From Acidobacteriota bacterium (lineage in GTDB: Bacteria > Acidobacteriota > Thermoanaerobaculia > Multivoradales > UBA5704): 64,000 nucleotides of DNA. The notes below the pieces were generated by a model, which saw only the letters and a program-made list of their open reading frames with translations, searched no databases and was not told where the DNA came from. Positions 12,485-21,159 of the stretch are shown here, piece by piece. Every line of letters starts with the position of its first letter. Within the stretch, counting starts at the first letter, position 1. Location: NCBI GenBank assembly GCA_040005235.1, contig JBDTZG010000016.1:36066-100065 (forward strand), in the 5' to 3' direction. The position numbers were made by a program, and so were the translations under genes.

Positions 12485-13322
12485 GAATGATCGTACCGAC
12501 GTGCTCGCCCGCGAGCGCTTGGGCGAGCCGCTCGGGGTGGAGGCCGTTGATGATCTGGAAGCTCTTCACCAGGCGCGCGCGGGGGAGCAGGTCGAGCAGC
12601 ACCTCGTCGAACGGCAGGGTATCCAGGTTCTTGGCGCGCAATTCGGCGACGCTAATTTTCGGGATGAACTGCGCGTTCGAGTGGGTCTTCGGATCGGCGT
12701 CGTAAAGGCCGTCAACGTCTTTGACCAGGATGACGTTGGCGCAGCCGAAGCATTCGGCGATCAGATAGGTGCCCGCGTCGGTCCGGTGAGGTGGGATGCG
12801 GCCGATCTCCGGCGGGTGCTCCCAGATGGAGTACGGGGGATCGCCGTTGAAGATCACGCCGGGCGCCGAATGGAGGAACAGCGGCAGCAGATGGCCGAAC
12901 ATCTCGGGCGGGATCGCCACCACGCCGAGCGGCGACAGCAGCGCGCCGAGAATGTGCGCGTTGCCGAGCGCGTCGGCGATCGACAGCTGGGCGAGCACGC
13001 CGGTCGGCAGCCCCAAGTCGATGCCGATCGAAAAGACGTGGCGGGAGCGGACGCCGCCGCCGGTCGAGAGGATCAGCTTGTGGGTCTTGAGCACGTCGCC
13101 GAGCACGGTGACGAGCCCCGGGAGCGCCGCGGCGCCGCGATCGACGATCGAACGCCCTCCGATCTTCACCACGTGGGCTTCGGGCAGCATGCGCACGAGC
13201 GTCGCGCGGCCTTCGGTTCCGGCGACGACGTCTTTGTCGATCAGGCTCTCGCGCATCAGCATCGAGGCGAGGTGGTGGCGGGCGTCGGCGGGGTGGGTCG
13301 GGTGGGTCGGATCTTCGTACAT
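12474..13322 (-). CDS. mosA: Molybdenum storage protein alpha-like subunit (amino-acid kinase/UMP kinase fold)
   Basis: HHLASMLMRESLIDKD, VVKIGGRSIVDRG, GGVRSRHVFSIGIDLGLP, IPPHRTDAG, LAGEHVGTII recall Azotobacter MoSto subunits; tandem with the beta-like gene. Confidence 0.78.
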   Translation of the reverse strand: MYEDPTHPTHPADARHHLASMLMRESLIDKDVVAGTEGRATLVRMLPEAHVVKIGGRSIVDRGAAALPGLVTVLGDVLKTHKLILSTGGGVRSRHVFSIGIDLGLPTGVLAQLSIADALGNAHILGALLSPLGVVAIPPEMFGHLLPLFLHSAPGVIFNGDPPYSIWEHPPEIGRIPPHRTDAGTYLIAECFGCANVILVKDVDGLYDADPKTHSNAQFIPKISVAELRAKNLDTLPFDEVLLDLLPRARLVKSFQIINGLHPERLAQALAGEHVGTIIHAD

Positions 13323-13353
13323 AGGGAGTCTGCCTCTTTTAGTCCATCAAAAG

Positions 13354-14178
13354 TCAGGCCACCGAAATCAGGGTGCCGACGTCTTCGCCGTCGAGGGCGC
13401 GGGTGAGGTTGCCGGGGACCAGGCCATTGATCACGCGGATCGATCTCATGTGGACCGCCCGCTCCATCAGGTCGAGCACGGCGCGTTCGACGACCAAATC
13501 GCCGAGATCGAGGGCTTTTAGCTCGGCCACCGTGATCTTCGGGATGAACTTCGCGTTCTTGTCCTTCTTCGGGTCGGCGGTATAGAGGCCGTCCTCATCT
13601 TTGACATAGATCATCGAGCGCGCGCCGAACACTTCGCTCACCAGATAGGCGCCGGTGTCGGTGCGGTGCGGCGGGATGCGACCGATCGCAGGGTTCTGCT
13701 GCCAGAAGGTATAGGGCGGCATGCCGAAGAAGACCGCGGCGCGGCGCTCGGCCAAAAACAGCGGCAGCTGGGGAAACTGCGCCGGCTCGATGAACGGGAT
13801 GCCGTGGCGGGCGAGCAGGTAGTGGATCATCCGCGCGTTCTGCATGCTGACGAACGTGCCGAGGACGCTCATGACTCCCGTCGGTAGGCCGAGATCGAGC
13901 GCCACGCTATAGGCGTGACGGGCGCGGGTGCCGGCTCCCGTGCCGATGATCATCCGATGGCGGGGGAGGTTCGCCACGACCTCTTCGAGGATCGGGAACA
14001 CCGCGGCGCGTCCGCGGTCGATCATGCTCTGGCCGCCGATCTTCACCACGTTCGCTTCGGGCAGGATGCGCTCGACCGGCCCGATCGTCTGGCGCATCAG
14101 ATCGCGGTCGGAGAGCGATCCCGCGACAAGGTTTTTGCCCAATTCGGTGAGCAGATCTCCGCTCAACGCTTCCGTCAT
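13354..14178 (-). CDS. mosB: Molybdenum storage protein beta-like subunit
   Basis: RILPEANVVKIGGQSMIDRGRAAVFP, GTGAGTRARH, GMPPY, VKDEDGLYTADPK, NGLVPGNLTRAL. Confidence 0.82.
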   Translation of the reverse strand: MTEALSGDLLTELGKNLVAGSLSDRDLMRQTIGPVERILPEANVVKIGGQSMIDRGRAAVFPILEEVVANLPRHRMIIGTGAGTRARHAYSVALDLGLPTGVMSVLGTFVSMQNARMIHYLLARHGIPFIEPAQFPQLPLFLAERRAAVFFGMPPYTFWQQNPAIGRIPPHRTDTGAYLVSEVFGARSMIYVKDEDGLYTADPKKDKNAKFIPKITVAELKALDLGDLVVERAVLDLMERAVHMRSIRVINGLVPGNLTRALDGEDVGTLISVA

Positions 14179-14978
14179 TCGATGTCTCCGCGCGGAGGAA
14201 GGCGAACCCCCGCGATCTCGTAGGTTTCATTCGAAGGGTAACCCAAGTCGAGCGCGCCGAAGCGCTCGCGGGCGTAGGTTTCGATCTCATCGAGCAGCTC
14301 GTTTTGCAGATTCGGGCCGACCTCGTGCCCGCCGAGCCCGGATTTGCCGCGCCAGGAGGCGAGGATCGCGGCAGGGCGCTCTTCGGTTTCCCAGGTCGCC
14401 ACGGTTTGCACGGCGAGGTCATCACCTTCGGGTAAGTCGCTCCGCAGCGCTTGGCGCACCGATTCGAGAACCGCGCGATGTCCCGCTCTGCCGCCGCGCG
14501 CCGCGAAGCCGCGCGTTCCCAGGAGGCGCTGCAGTTCGCGCCTCAGTTCGCGGCGGACGCCCCCCTCCGGCCTTTCGACCCGGCCGACGGCGAACACGGC
14601 ACCTCGGGAGTTGGCGAGGCGGGCGACCTCGCGGACGAGATTTTGAGGGTCGAGCAGATGCGCGGCGCGTGAGGCGAAGATCAATCGGGCCGATCTCGGC
14701 CGCAACGGCCAGGGCTGCGAGGCGTCGGCAGCGATGCGCGGCGCGCGGGAGCGATGGCCGAACCGGGCGAGCATGCCGACCGACAGATCGAGCCCGACAT
14801 AGGGCGTCTGCGAACCGGCGAAGAGCGCCGCACCGATCTGGCCGGTACCGCAGCCGATTTCGACGACCCGGCCGCCATTGGCGAGCGCCGAAAGATGGCT
14901 CCCAATTGCAGCGACCGCCGCGTCGGGCAATCCGGCGCGGCGGTCGAAGGAAGAGGCTTGTGCATCGAAGTGAACGAC
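14175..14978 (-). CDS. Class I SAM-dependent methyltransferase
   Basis: VVEIGCGTGQ, GLDLSVGML, ADA motifs; stop overlaps mosB ATG; frame extends upstream of the TTG at 14930 as VVHFDAQASSFDRRAGLP after AAGGAG (start uncertain). Confidence 0.85.
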   Translation of the reverse strand, partial: VVHFDAQASSFDRRAGLPDAAVAAIGSHLSALANGGRVVEIGCGTGQIGAALFAGSQTPYVGLDLSVGMLARFGHRSRAPRIAADASQPWPLRPRSARLIFASRAAHLLDPQNLVREVARLANSRGAVFAVGRVERPEGGVRRELRRELQRLLGTRGFAARGGRAGHRAVLESVRQALRSDLPEGDDLAVQTVATWETEERPAAILASWRGKSGLGGHEVGPNLQNELLDEIETYARERFGALDLGYPSNETYEIAGVRLPPRGDIE

Positions 14979-15004
14979 GACTCCTTACCGGCAGGTCGCC
15001 GTTC

Positions 15005-17158
15005 CTAGTTCTTGCACTGGGGCGAGGCCGGCGTGGTCATCGCGCAATTGTCCGCGGTTCCCCCCGGTACCGTGGCGCCCCACAGCGGAGCCGCCTGGTT
15101 CGGGCAGGTGGTCTGCACGCTCACCATCATGCCGCGGTCTTCGTGGCCGAGGAAATGGCAGTGGATCACGTACTCGCCGGTGAAATCGAGGAACCGGCTG
15201 CGGGTGACGATCGAGCCCCAAGTGAGGCAGCCGCACACCGACTGCTGGCCCGGCACGGTGGTCTTCCATTGGCCGTTCCACGTTGCGCCCGCGTTGGTGC
15301 AGACCGTCGGGCATTTCACTTTGGCGTCGTCGTTGCTCCAGATCGGCCCGGCGTTGACGTCGGTCGGCGTCGTCGCCACGGAAGGCAGCGGGAACGTGTC
15401 CCACCAGATCCAAGGCGGGTCGAGGGGCTTGCCGTTCTGGGAGATGATTTGGTACGGGTTGGTGTGGATGTGGAACGGATGCTTCGGCCGCGAGCTGTTC
15501 TGTACCGTCCACTGCTCGGCCTTCCCCAGCGTCATCGTATCGTCGACGCAGGTCGGATCGAACTGCTTGTTGTTGATGAAGAAGGCGTTCTGCTGTTTGC
15601 CCTGCACGCCCGTCATGCTGAACAGGATCGTGCGGTCGTTCCCGATCTCAGACGTCTGAATGTCTTTGAGGAACGGCGGCATCGGCGGCCATTGCGCCTG
15701 GGTGGGGTAGGTCATCGGTTTCGGAGTGCCGACGACATTTACGGTGAGAAGTGGCGGCTTCGTGACGGTCGCGGCGGCGGTGGAAAGCGCGGCGGAGAGC
15801 CCCTTGAGCGAACCTTGAAGCAGCTGAGTCTTTCCGCCCTGGGGCGCGGCCCGGAGATTTTGTAGTAGACCCTTGCGCTGAACGTCCAGCCGGGCTTTGA
15901 TCGCCGGATCGAGCTGGCCGATCACGTCGTAGGTCAGGAGATGGAGGCCCGAAGTCATGGGCGCCTGGACCAACAGGTCGACGCGATTGCCGGGCGACAG
16001 GACCATGTTCTGGACGCCTTGGGAGATCAGCGGCTGGCTGCCGTAGTTTTCGGGCGCGAACTGCACGCCGTCCTGGGCGATCTGCTTTAAAATCGGTGCC
16101 GATCTCGTTTCAAAGCCGATCGTCAGCTGGGCCGATGACTGCATCGTTTCGTTAACCAGGCGCCAGCGCTGGATCTCGCCCGGACGCATGGTGATTATGG
16201 GATTGGCCTGGCCGTTGATCAGCGGCGAAGGCGGTGCGTAGGTAGGGTCTTTCTCGAAGAAGTTCAGCTCGTTGTCCAGCTGCTGGACCACCAGCAACTT
16301 CTCGTCCAGACCGCCCGATGGTTTGAAAAAGCCGTTCAGCCAATCGTCGAAAGGCCCGTGGATCAAAAGGGCGCCGCCCATGCCGTTCAGCAGCTGGAGC
16401 GCCACCGCGCCGTGTTTGTGCGGGTGGTACCAGTGGGTGCCTTCGGCCTGATTTGAGGGGAACGGGTTGATCGAGTACTGGTAGGTGCCGGTGGCGGCGA
16501 GGCCGCGGCTGTGGGCGTGAACCATGCTGCCGGCAGGAGTGCCCTCTGGCGCCAGATCGAGCAGCACGTAGTCCTGCGGCGCCTGGGGCGAAACGTGGGT
16601 GCCATGGAAGTGCAGGTTGGTGTTGTTGTCGCCATGGAAGCAGGCGGGGAACGTCTCTTGCGGACAGCCGTTGGCACAGGTAGAGGGGCAGGGCTGGCCC
16701 GCTGCCGGGCAGCATTCTTTGTTGCTCGCAGAACAGGCCGAATCGCAAGGGCCGCCCGTGCTGGGCAGCACCGGCAGCTGATTGACCAGCAGGATCTTCA
16801 ACGCGTCGCCGTCGCTCGACGTCGGGGTGGTGGCGCGGCGCACGCTGAACGTGGGGCCCGGGGTCGAGAAGATCAGCTGGGTGCTCCCCGGCTTGGCCGG
16901 GAAGCCATAGGTGCGCAGCTTCATCGACTGCATCTGCCAGGTGGTTGTCGCGTTGTCGAACACCGGCACGCAGGGGTTGTCCTTCATCTGCACGACCAGT
17001 GTGGTGGAGAGGATGTGGTTGGGGTCGGCGGTCAGCACCGTGGGCTGCTTGAGAGGTTGCAGCTGGGCCGGCCCGCAGGGCGTCTGGGCGCGGGCGGCAC
17101 CGGTGAGAAGAGCCAACAGGAATACGGCGGGGACGGCGAAACGTAAGCGTTGGATCAC
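15005..17158 (-). CDS. Secreted multicopper oxidase with Cys-rich insert and MVL-type mannan-binding lectin insert
   Basis: GGAGG then GTG 17158; signal ...LLTGAARA/Q; copper motifs NLHFHG, WYHPHKH, HPFHIH, HCHFLGHEDRGMM. Confidence 0.9.
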   Translation of the reverse strand: MIQRLRFAVPAVFLLALLTGAARAQTPCGPAQLQPLKQPTVLTADPNHILSTTLVVQMKDNPCVPVFDNATTTWQMQSMKLRTYGFPAKPGSTQLIFSTPGPTFSVRRATTPTSSDGDALKILLVNQLPVLPSTGGPCDSACSASNKECCPAAGQPCPSTCANGCPQETFPACFHGDNNTNLHFHGTHVSPQAPQDYVLLDLAPEGTPAGSMVHAHSRGLAATGTYQYSINPFPSNQAEGTHWYHPHKHGAVALQLLNGMGGALLIHGPFDDWLNGFFKPSGGLDEKLLVVQQLDNELNFFEKDPTYAPPSPLINGQANPIITMRPGEIQRWRLVNETMQSSAQLTIGFETRSAPILKQIAQDGVQFAPENYGSQPLISQGVQNMVLSPGNRVDLLVQAPMTSGLHLLTYDVIGQLDPAIKARLDVQRKGLLQNLRAAPQGGKTQLLQGSLKGLSAALSTAAATVTKPPLLTVNVVGTPKPMTYPTQAQWPPMPPFLKDIQTSEIGNDRTILFSMTGVQGKQQNAFFINNKQFDPTCVDDTMTLGKAEQWTVQNSSRPKHPFHIHTNPYQIISQNGKPLDPPWIWWDTFPLPSVATTPTDVNAGPIWSNDDAKVKCPTVCTNAGATWNGQWKTTVPGQQSVCGCLTWGSIVTRSRFLDFTGEYVIHCHFLGHEDRGMMVSVQTTCPNQAAPLWGATVPGGTADNCAMTTPASPQCKN

Positions 17159-17339
17159 GTTCGTTTCCTCCCAAGGCCGCCGCCGGGAAGCGGGGTCAAC
17201 GAGCCTCCGGCGGCAGGGTTGATCAGACGGTGAATTCAAGGCCGAGGCTACACCCGGAGTTGCGCGAGGTCAAACGACAACTAGAGGATGCAAGAGCTAC
17301 TTGCCGGTCCGCTCTCCTGCGGCATACCATCCCCGCCTC

Positions 17340-18554
17340 ATGGCGGACAACGAGCCGAAATCCGAGCCGCGCGGCGACCGAGAGCTGGTGCCGCGACTGG
17401 ACGATCAGGGATATACGGCCGAAGCGCTGGGCCTACGCCGCGCCTGGGTGGAGGAGCGCACCGGAACGCAACTCGCGGCCATCGGCGGTGGCGCGATTCC
17501 CGCCGAAAAGATGCGCGGCAACATCGAAAACCCGATCGGCGAGGCGCGTGTGCCGCTCGGCGTTGCCGGGCCGCTGGTGATCCACGGCGAGCATGCGAAA
17601 GGCGCCTTCTACGTGCCTTTGGCGACGACCGAAGGCGCCTTGATCCGCTCGTATGAAAGGGGAATGGTCGCGATCTCGCGCTCGGGAGGCGCCACGGCTC
17701 GGGTGCTCGCCGACGAGAACCGTGTGTCGCCGATCTTCCGCTTTCCCGACGTCGCCGCGGCGGCCGGTTTCGTTCGCGCCCTTCCCGAGCGATTCGCCGA
17801 GCTGGCCGCGGCGGCCGAAGCGACCACCCGCCATGGCAAGCTTCTGCGGATCGAGCCGCAGCTGCTCGGCCGGAAGGTGATCCTGCATTTCGTCTATTCG
17901 ACCGGCGACGCCCACGGCATGAACATGATCGTCAAGGCGACTGACGCGGCCTGCCGCCGGCTCGCGCCGGAGACCGAGGGTTACTTCATCTTCAGCGGCG
18001 CCGAATCGGAAAAGCACGCGAGCGGCTCGCTGCTCGCGGGCGGTAAGGGCAAGCGGGTGACCGCGGGCGCTCTGCTGCCGGCCCGGGTGGTTCGAGCCTA
18101 TCTGCATGCGACGCCGGAAGCGATGGTCGAAGTCTGGCAACACACTGTGCTCGGACATCTCCAGGCCGGGGTGGTCGGCTACAACGGGCACTTCGCCAAC
18201 GGCCTGACGGCCCTCTTCATCGCCTGCGGCCAGGACGTTGCGAATATCGCGAACGCCGCCGTCGGCGTGGGGCACTTCGAGCGGACGGCGTCCGGCGATC
18301 TCTACGCCAGCGTCACACTCCCTTCGCTCACCGTCGCGACCGTCGGCGGCGGCACGGGGCTCGGCACCGGCCGCGAATGCTTGGAGATGCTCGGCTGTTA
18401 CGGCGCAGGCAAGGCGAAAAAGCTCGCCGAGATCGCGGCGGCGCTGGTGCTCGCGGGCGAGCTGTCGATGGCCGGCGCGATCGCGAGCGGCGAGTTCGTC
18501 CAAGCGCACGAAACCTACGGCCGCAACCGGCCCCTTCCTCCAGAGGCGTCGTGA
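17340..18554 (+). CDS. hmgA: Class I HMG-CoA reductase-like protein
   Basis: NIENPIG, VPLATTEG, TGDAHGMNM, ACGQDVA, TVGGGT, LAGELS and C-terminal AH catalytic His. Confidence 0.88.
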   Translation: MADNEPKSEPRGDRELVPRLDDQGYTAEALGLRRAWVEERTGTQLAAIGGGAIPAEKMRGNIENPIGEARVPLGVAGPLVIHGEHAKGAFYVPLATTEGALIRSYERGMVAISRSGGATARVLADENRVSPIFRFPDVAAAAGFVRALPERFAELAAAAEATTRHGKLLRIEPQLLGRKVILHFVYSTGDAHGMNMIVKATDAACRRLAPETEGYFIFSGAESEKHASGSLLAGGKGKRVTAGALLPARVVRAYLHATPEAMVEVWQHTVLGHLQAGVVGYNGHFANGLTALFIACGQDVANIANAAVGVGHFERTASGDLYASVTLPSLTVATVGGGTGLGTGRECLEMLGCYGAGKAKKLAEIAAALVLAGELSMAGAIASGEFVQAHETYGRNRPLPPEAS

Positions 18555-20062
18555 AGCGCCGCTTCCGCGGCCTGCGTACCGCTCCTGATTCCCATTACGA
18601 CGCGATCCTGATCGGCTCCGGAGTCGGCGGCCTGGTCGCCGGCAACCTTCTCGCCCGCGCTGGGATGAAGGTCCTCCTCGTCGAGCAGCACTATATGGTC
18701 GGCGGCTATTGCAGCACCTTCCGACGCGGCGGCTACACGTTCGACGCCGCAACCCATTTCTATCCCCTGCTCGGCAACCCGGACACGCTCACCGGACGGC
18801 TGCTCGGCGAGCTGGGGGTGACGACCGGCTGGGTGAAGATGGACCCGGTCGACACGTTTCACTTTCCCGACGGTTCCCGCTTCGAAGTGCCGGCCGATCT
18901 GGCCGGCTATCAGGCGAAAGTGAAGGCCGAGTTCCCCGAAGAAGCCGCGGCGCTCGATGGCTTCTTCGCCGAGGTGAAAGAGGTCTATTTCCTCGGCCTG
19001 CTCCACTATTTCCGCGGCAAGCCGATCGCCCAGATGGATCGCCTAATGAAAGTACGCGACCTCACCTTGCGCCAGGTGCTCGACGCGCGCTTCCGCGACC
19101 GCAAACTCAAGCTCCTGCTCGCCGCCGACTGCCCCCATTGGGGCTCAGCCCCAGGGCGCACCTCGTTCGTCTTCGATTCGATGCTCCGGCTCTCCTACTT
19201 CCTAGGCAACTACTACCCAAAAGGGGGCTCCCAGGCGTTCGCCGACGAGCTGGCCCTCCGCTTCGAAGAGCAAGGAGGCCACCTGCTCACCAGCGCGCAG
19301 GTTCGACGGATTCACCTCGAGCAGGGAAGGGCGAAAGGGGTCGATCTCGAAGTCCTACGCGGACCGGTGAAGGCGCACTTTCCCGGTGGCCGAATCGCGA
19401 GCGACGTGGTGATTTCAAACGCCGATCTGCTCCAGACCCTGGAACAGTTGGTCGGCCCGGAGCACCTCCCTCCCGAGATGCTGGCGGAGACCCGCTCGCT
19501 CCGCCCGACGTTTCCCTGCTGGCTCACGCACCTGGGGCTGGTCGACGTTTCGAACGAGGAGCTGGAGCGGGTTCAAGGCTACTACTGGGACGGCTGGGAC
19601 ATGGACCGCGTTGGGGTCGACGCGCTGCGCTTCAAGCTGTTCGCGCCGACCCTCTACGAGCCGGAAATGGCGCCGCCCGGCGGTCAAGTGTTGATCATCC
19701 AGAAGGTGTTGGAGATGGACTACGCGAAGGTCGAGGACTGGCCACGCCACAAGGCCGAGATCGAGGCGTTTCTGTTCGGTCACCTGGAGCGGCTGATGCC
19801 GGGGATCGGCAAGAAGATCGTGGTCCGCACCAGCGCCTCGGCGCAAACCTCCTACCGCTTCACGCTCAATACCCAGGGCGCCATGCTCGGCTGGGAGATG
19901 TCGCCCGATCAGTTGGGGGACGGCCGGCCGGCGATCGAAACCCCGATCGAAGGACTCCACTGCGTCGGCCACTGGACCCGTCCCGGCGGCGGCATCACCC
20001 CGGTGATCGTCTCGGCGCAGCAGGTGGCGCAGAGGGTTCTGGCGGGCGGCGGCGGAGACTAG
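18551..20062 (+). CDS. Phytoene desaturase-family FAD-dependent oxidoreductase
   Basis: GTG overlaps the HMGR stop; YDAILIGSGVGGL, VGGYCSTFRRGGYTFD, YPKGGSQAF, GLHCVGHWTRPGGGI. Confidence 0.88.
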   Translation: MKRRFRGLRTAPDSHYDAILIGSGVGGLVAGNLLARAGMKVLLVEQHYMVGGYCSTFRRGGYTFDAATHFYPLLGNPDTLTGRLLGELGVTTGWVKMDPVDTFHFPDGSRFEVPADLAGYQAKVKAEFPEEAAALDGFFAEVKEVYFLGLLHYFRGKPIAQMDRLMKVRDLTLRQVLDARFRDRKLKLLLAADCPHWGSAPGRTSFVFDSMLRLSYFLGNYYPKGGSQAFADELALRFEEQGGHLLTSAQVRRIHLEQGRAKGVDLEVLRGPVKAHFPGGRIASDVVISNADLLQTLEQLVGPEHLPPEMLAETRSLRPTFPCWLTHLGLVDVSNEELERVQGYYWDGWDMDRVGVDALRFKLFAPTLYEPEMAPPGGQVLIIQKVLEMDYAKVEDWPRHKAEIEAFLFGHLERLMPGIGKKIVVRTSASAQTSYRFTLNTQGAMLGWEMSPDQLGDGRPAIETPIEGLHCVGHWTRPGGGITPVIVSAQQVAQRVLAGGGGD

Positions 20063-21021
20063 CTTCCGAGGCCGAGTTCATCGATCGAGCTCACTTCCAA
20101 GATCCGATCAGTGAATCCGCCCAACTCATCCAGAGAGGAGATGGCTTCGATCCGTCGCCTAGTCGCGGGCGAAACCGCTCCAAAGCGCTGCCCGATTTGG
20201 CGGAGGAGGGTGGAGCGGAGGCGTTCAATGCCCTTCTCCATTCCTTTCTCCATTCCCCTCTCCATCCCCTTCTGGAGCCCCGCTTGCTCGTATTGCGCTT
20301 GCATCCGATCGGCCCATGTCAGTTCCATCGCTTCGACCTCCGGAGTAGGTTCGGCGGCGCGAAGGGCTGCGTATTCCGTTGCCTCGCGACCCGCCAATTG
20401 TAGATACGTTTCGACACAGTTGGTCAACAGGAATTTCTTCGCCTCGCCGATTCGGGACGAGGCGATTTTCCTCTGTAGCGCGAGCTTGAGGCGAGCCCTG
20501 CCCAGCTTGCCAGGAAGAGCCAGCGAGGCGAGCGCCCAGGCCAGCGGCTCGGGGCGATCCAGGAGAATCTCGGCCGGCATGCGGGAGAGGCCGAGAGATA
20601 GGAAACGGAAGCGGTGGATCTCCTCGTCGAACGCCTGCTCGGCGCAGACGGTCCATTGGGCCCCGGGTGGGCCGCCTCTCAGAAAGACGACGATCGAGAC
20701 CACGGGCCGAGCGTAGTACAAGCAGATCTGGAACGAATAGCGCCAGAGCCTGCGGCTGATCGAGGTGCGGAATTGGCGCTCGATCTCTACGTGGACCAAC
20801 GGTTTGCGCTCGCCGGAGCCGCTGGGAATCTCGGCGAGGAGGTCGGCCTCCCGGCGCCGGCCTTCCGGTAGGTCGTGAAACACCTCCTTGTCGAGAAATG
20901 TGATGGCTCGCAATCCGAAGTCTTCGGCGAGGCGGCTCGCCAGGCCGGGGTCGGCCAAGCGAACGAGCTCTGGGAAGAAAGCTCGAAACAGGTCTTTGAA
21001 CATCTGATCGTGGCGGTTCAT
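20059..21021 (-). CDS. Rpn/YhgA-like PD-(D/E)xK nuclease with DUF4351-like C-terminus
   Basis: HDQMFKDLF, ADLLAE, VHVEIE; GLQKGMERGMEKGMEKG repeats; LLRQIGQRFG...IEAISSLDEL. Confidence 0.85.
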   Translation of the reverse strand: MNRHDQMFKDLFRAFFPELVRLADPGLASRLAEDFGLRAITFLDKEVFHDLPEGRRREADLLAEIPSGSGERKPLVHVEIERQFRTSISRRLWRYSFQICLYYARPVVSIVVFLRGGPPGAQWTVCAEQAFDEEIHRFRFLSLGLSRMPAEILLDRPEPLAWALASLALPGKLGRARLKLALQRKIASSRIGEAKKFLLTNCVETYLQLAGREATEYAALRAAEPTPEVEAMELTWADRMQAQYEQAGLQKGMERGMEKGMEKGIERLRSTLLRQIGQRFGAVSPATRRRIEAISSLDELGGFTDRILEVSSIDELGLGS

Positions 21022-21159
21022 GGCGGTGGACGCCCTCCTACCGCTCTAAAGACGCGAATCACCCCCTGACTCTTGATGGTTCGGCGTAATTCGTTCGAAT
21101 TCCTCGGCTAACCCGGCCCGGTGCTATCGTTTCGGGCCACGAACCGGAGGGAGCCTCAA

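Noticed and set aside
12474-14178. Annotation as uridylate kinase pyrH
   Set aside because: Tandem pair with MoSto-like motifs (KIGG, IPPHRTD) and no tsf/frr context
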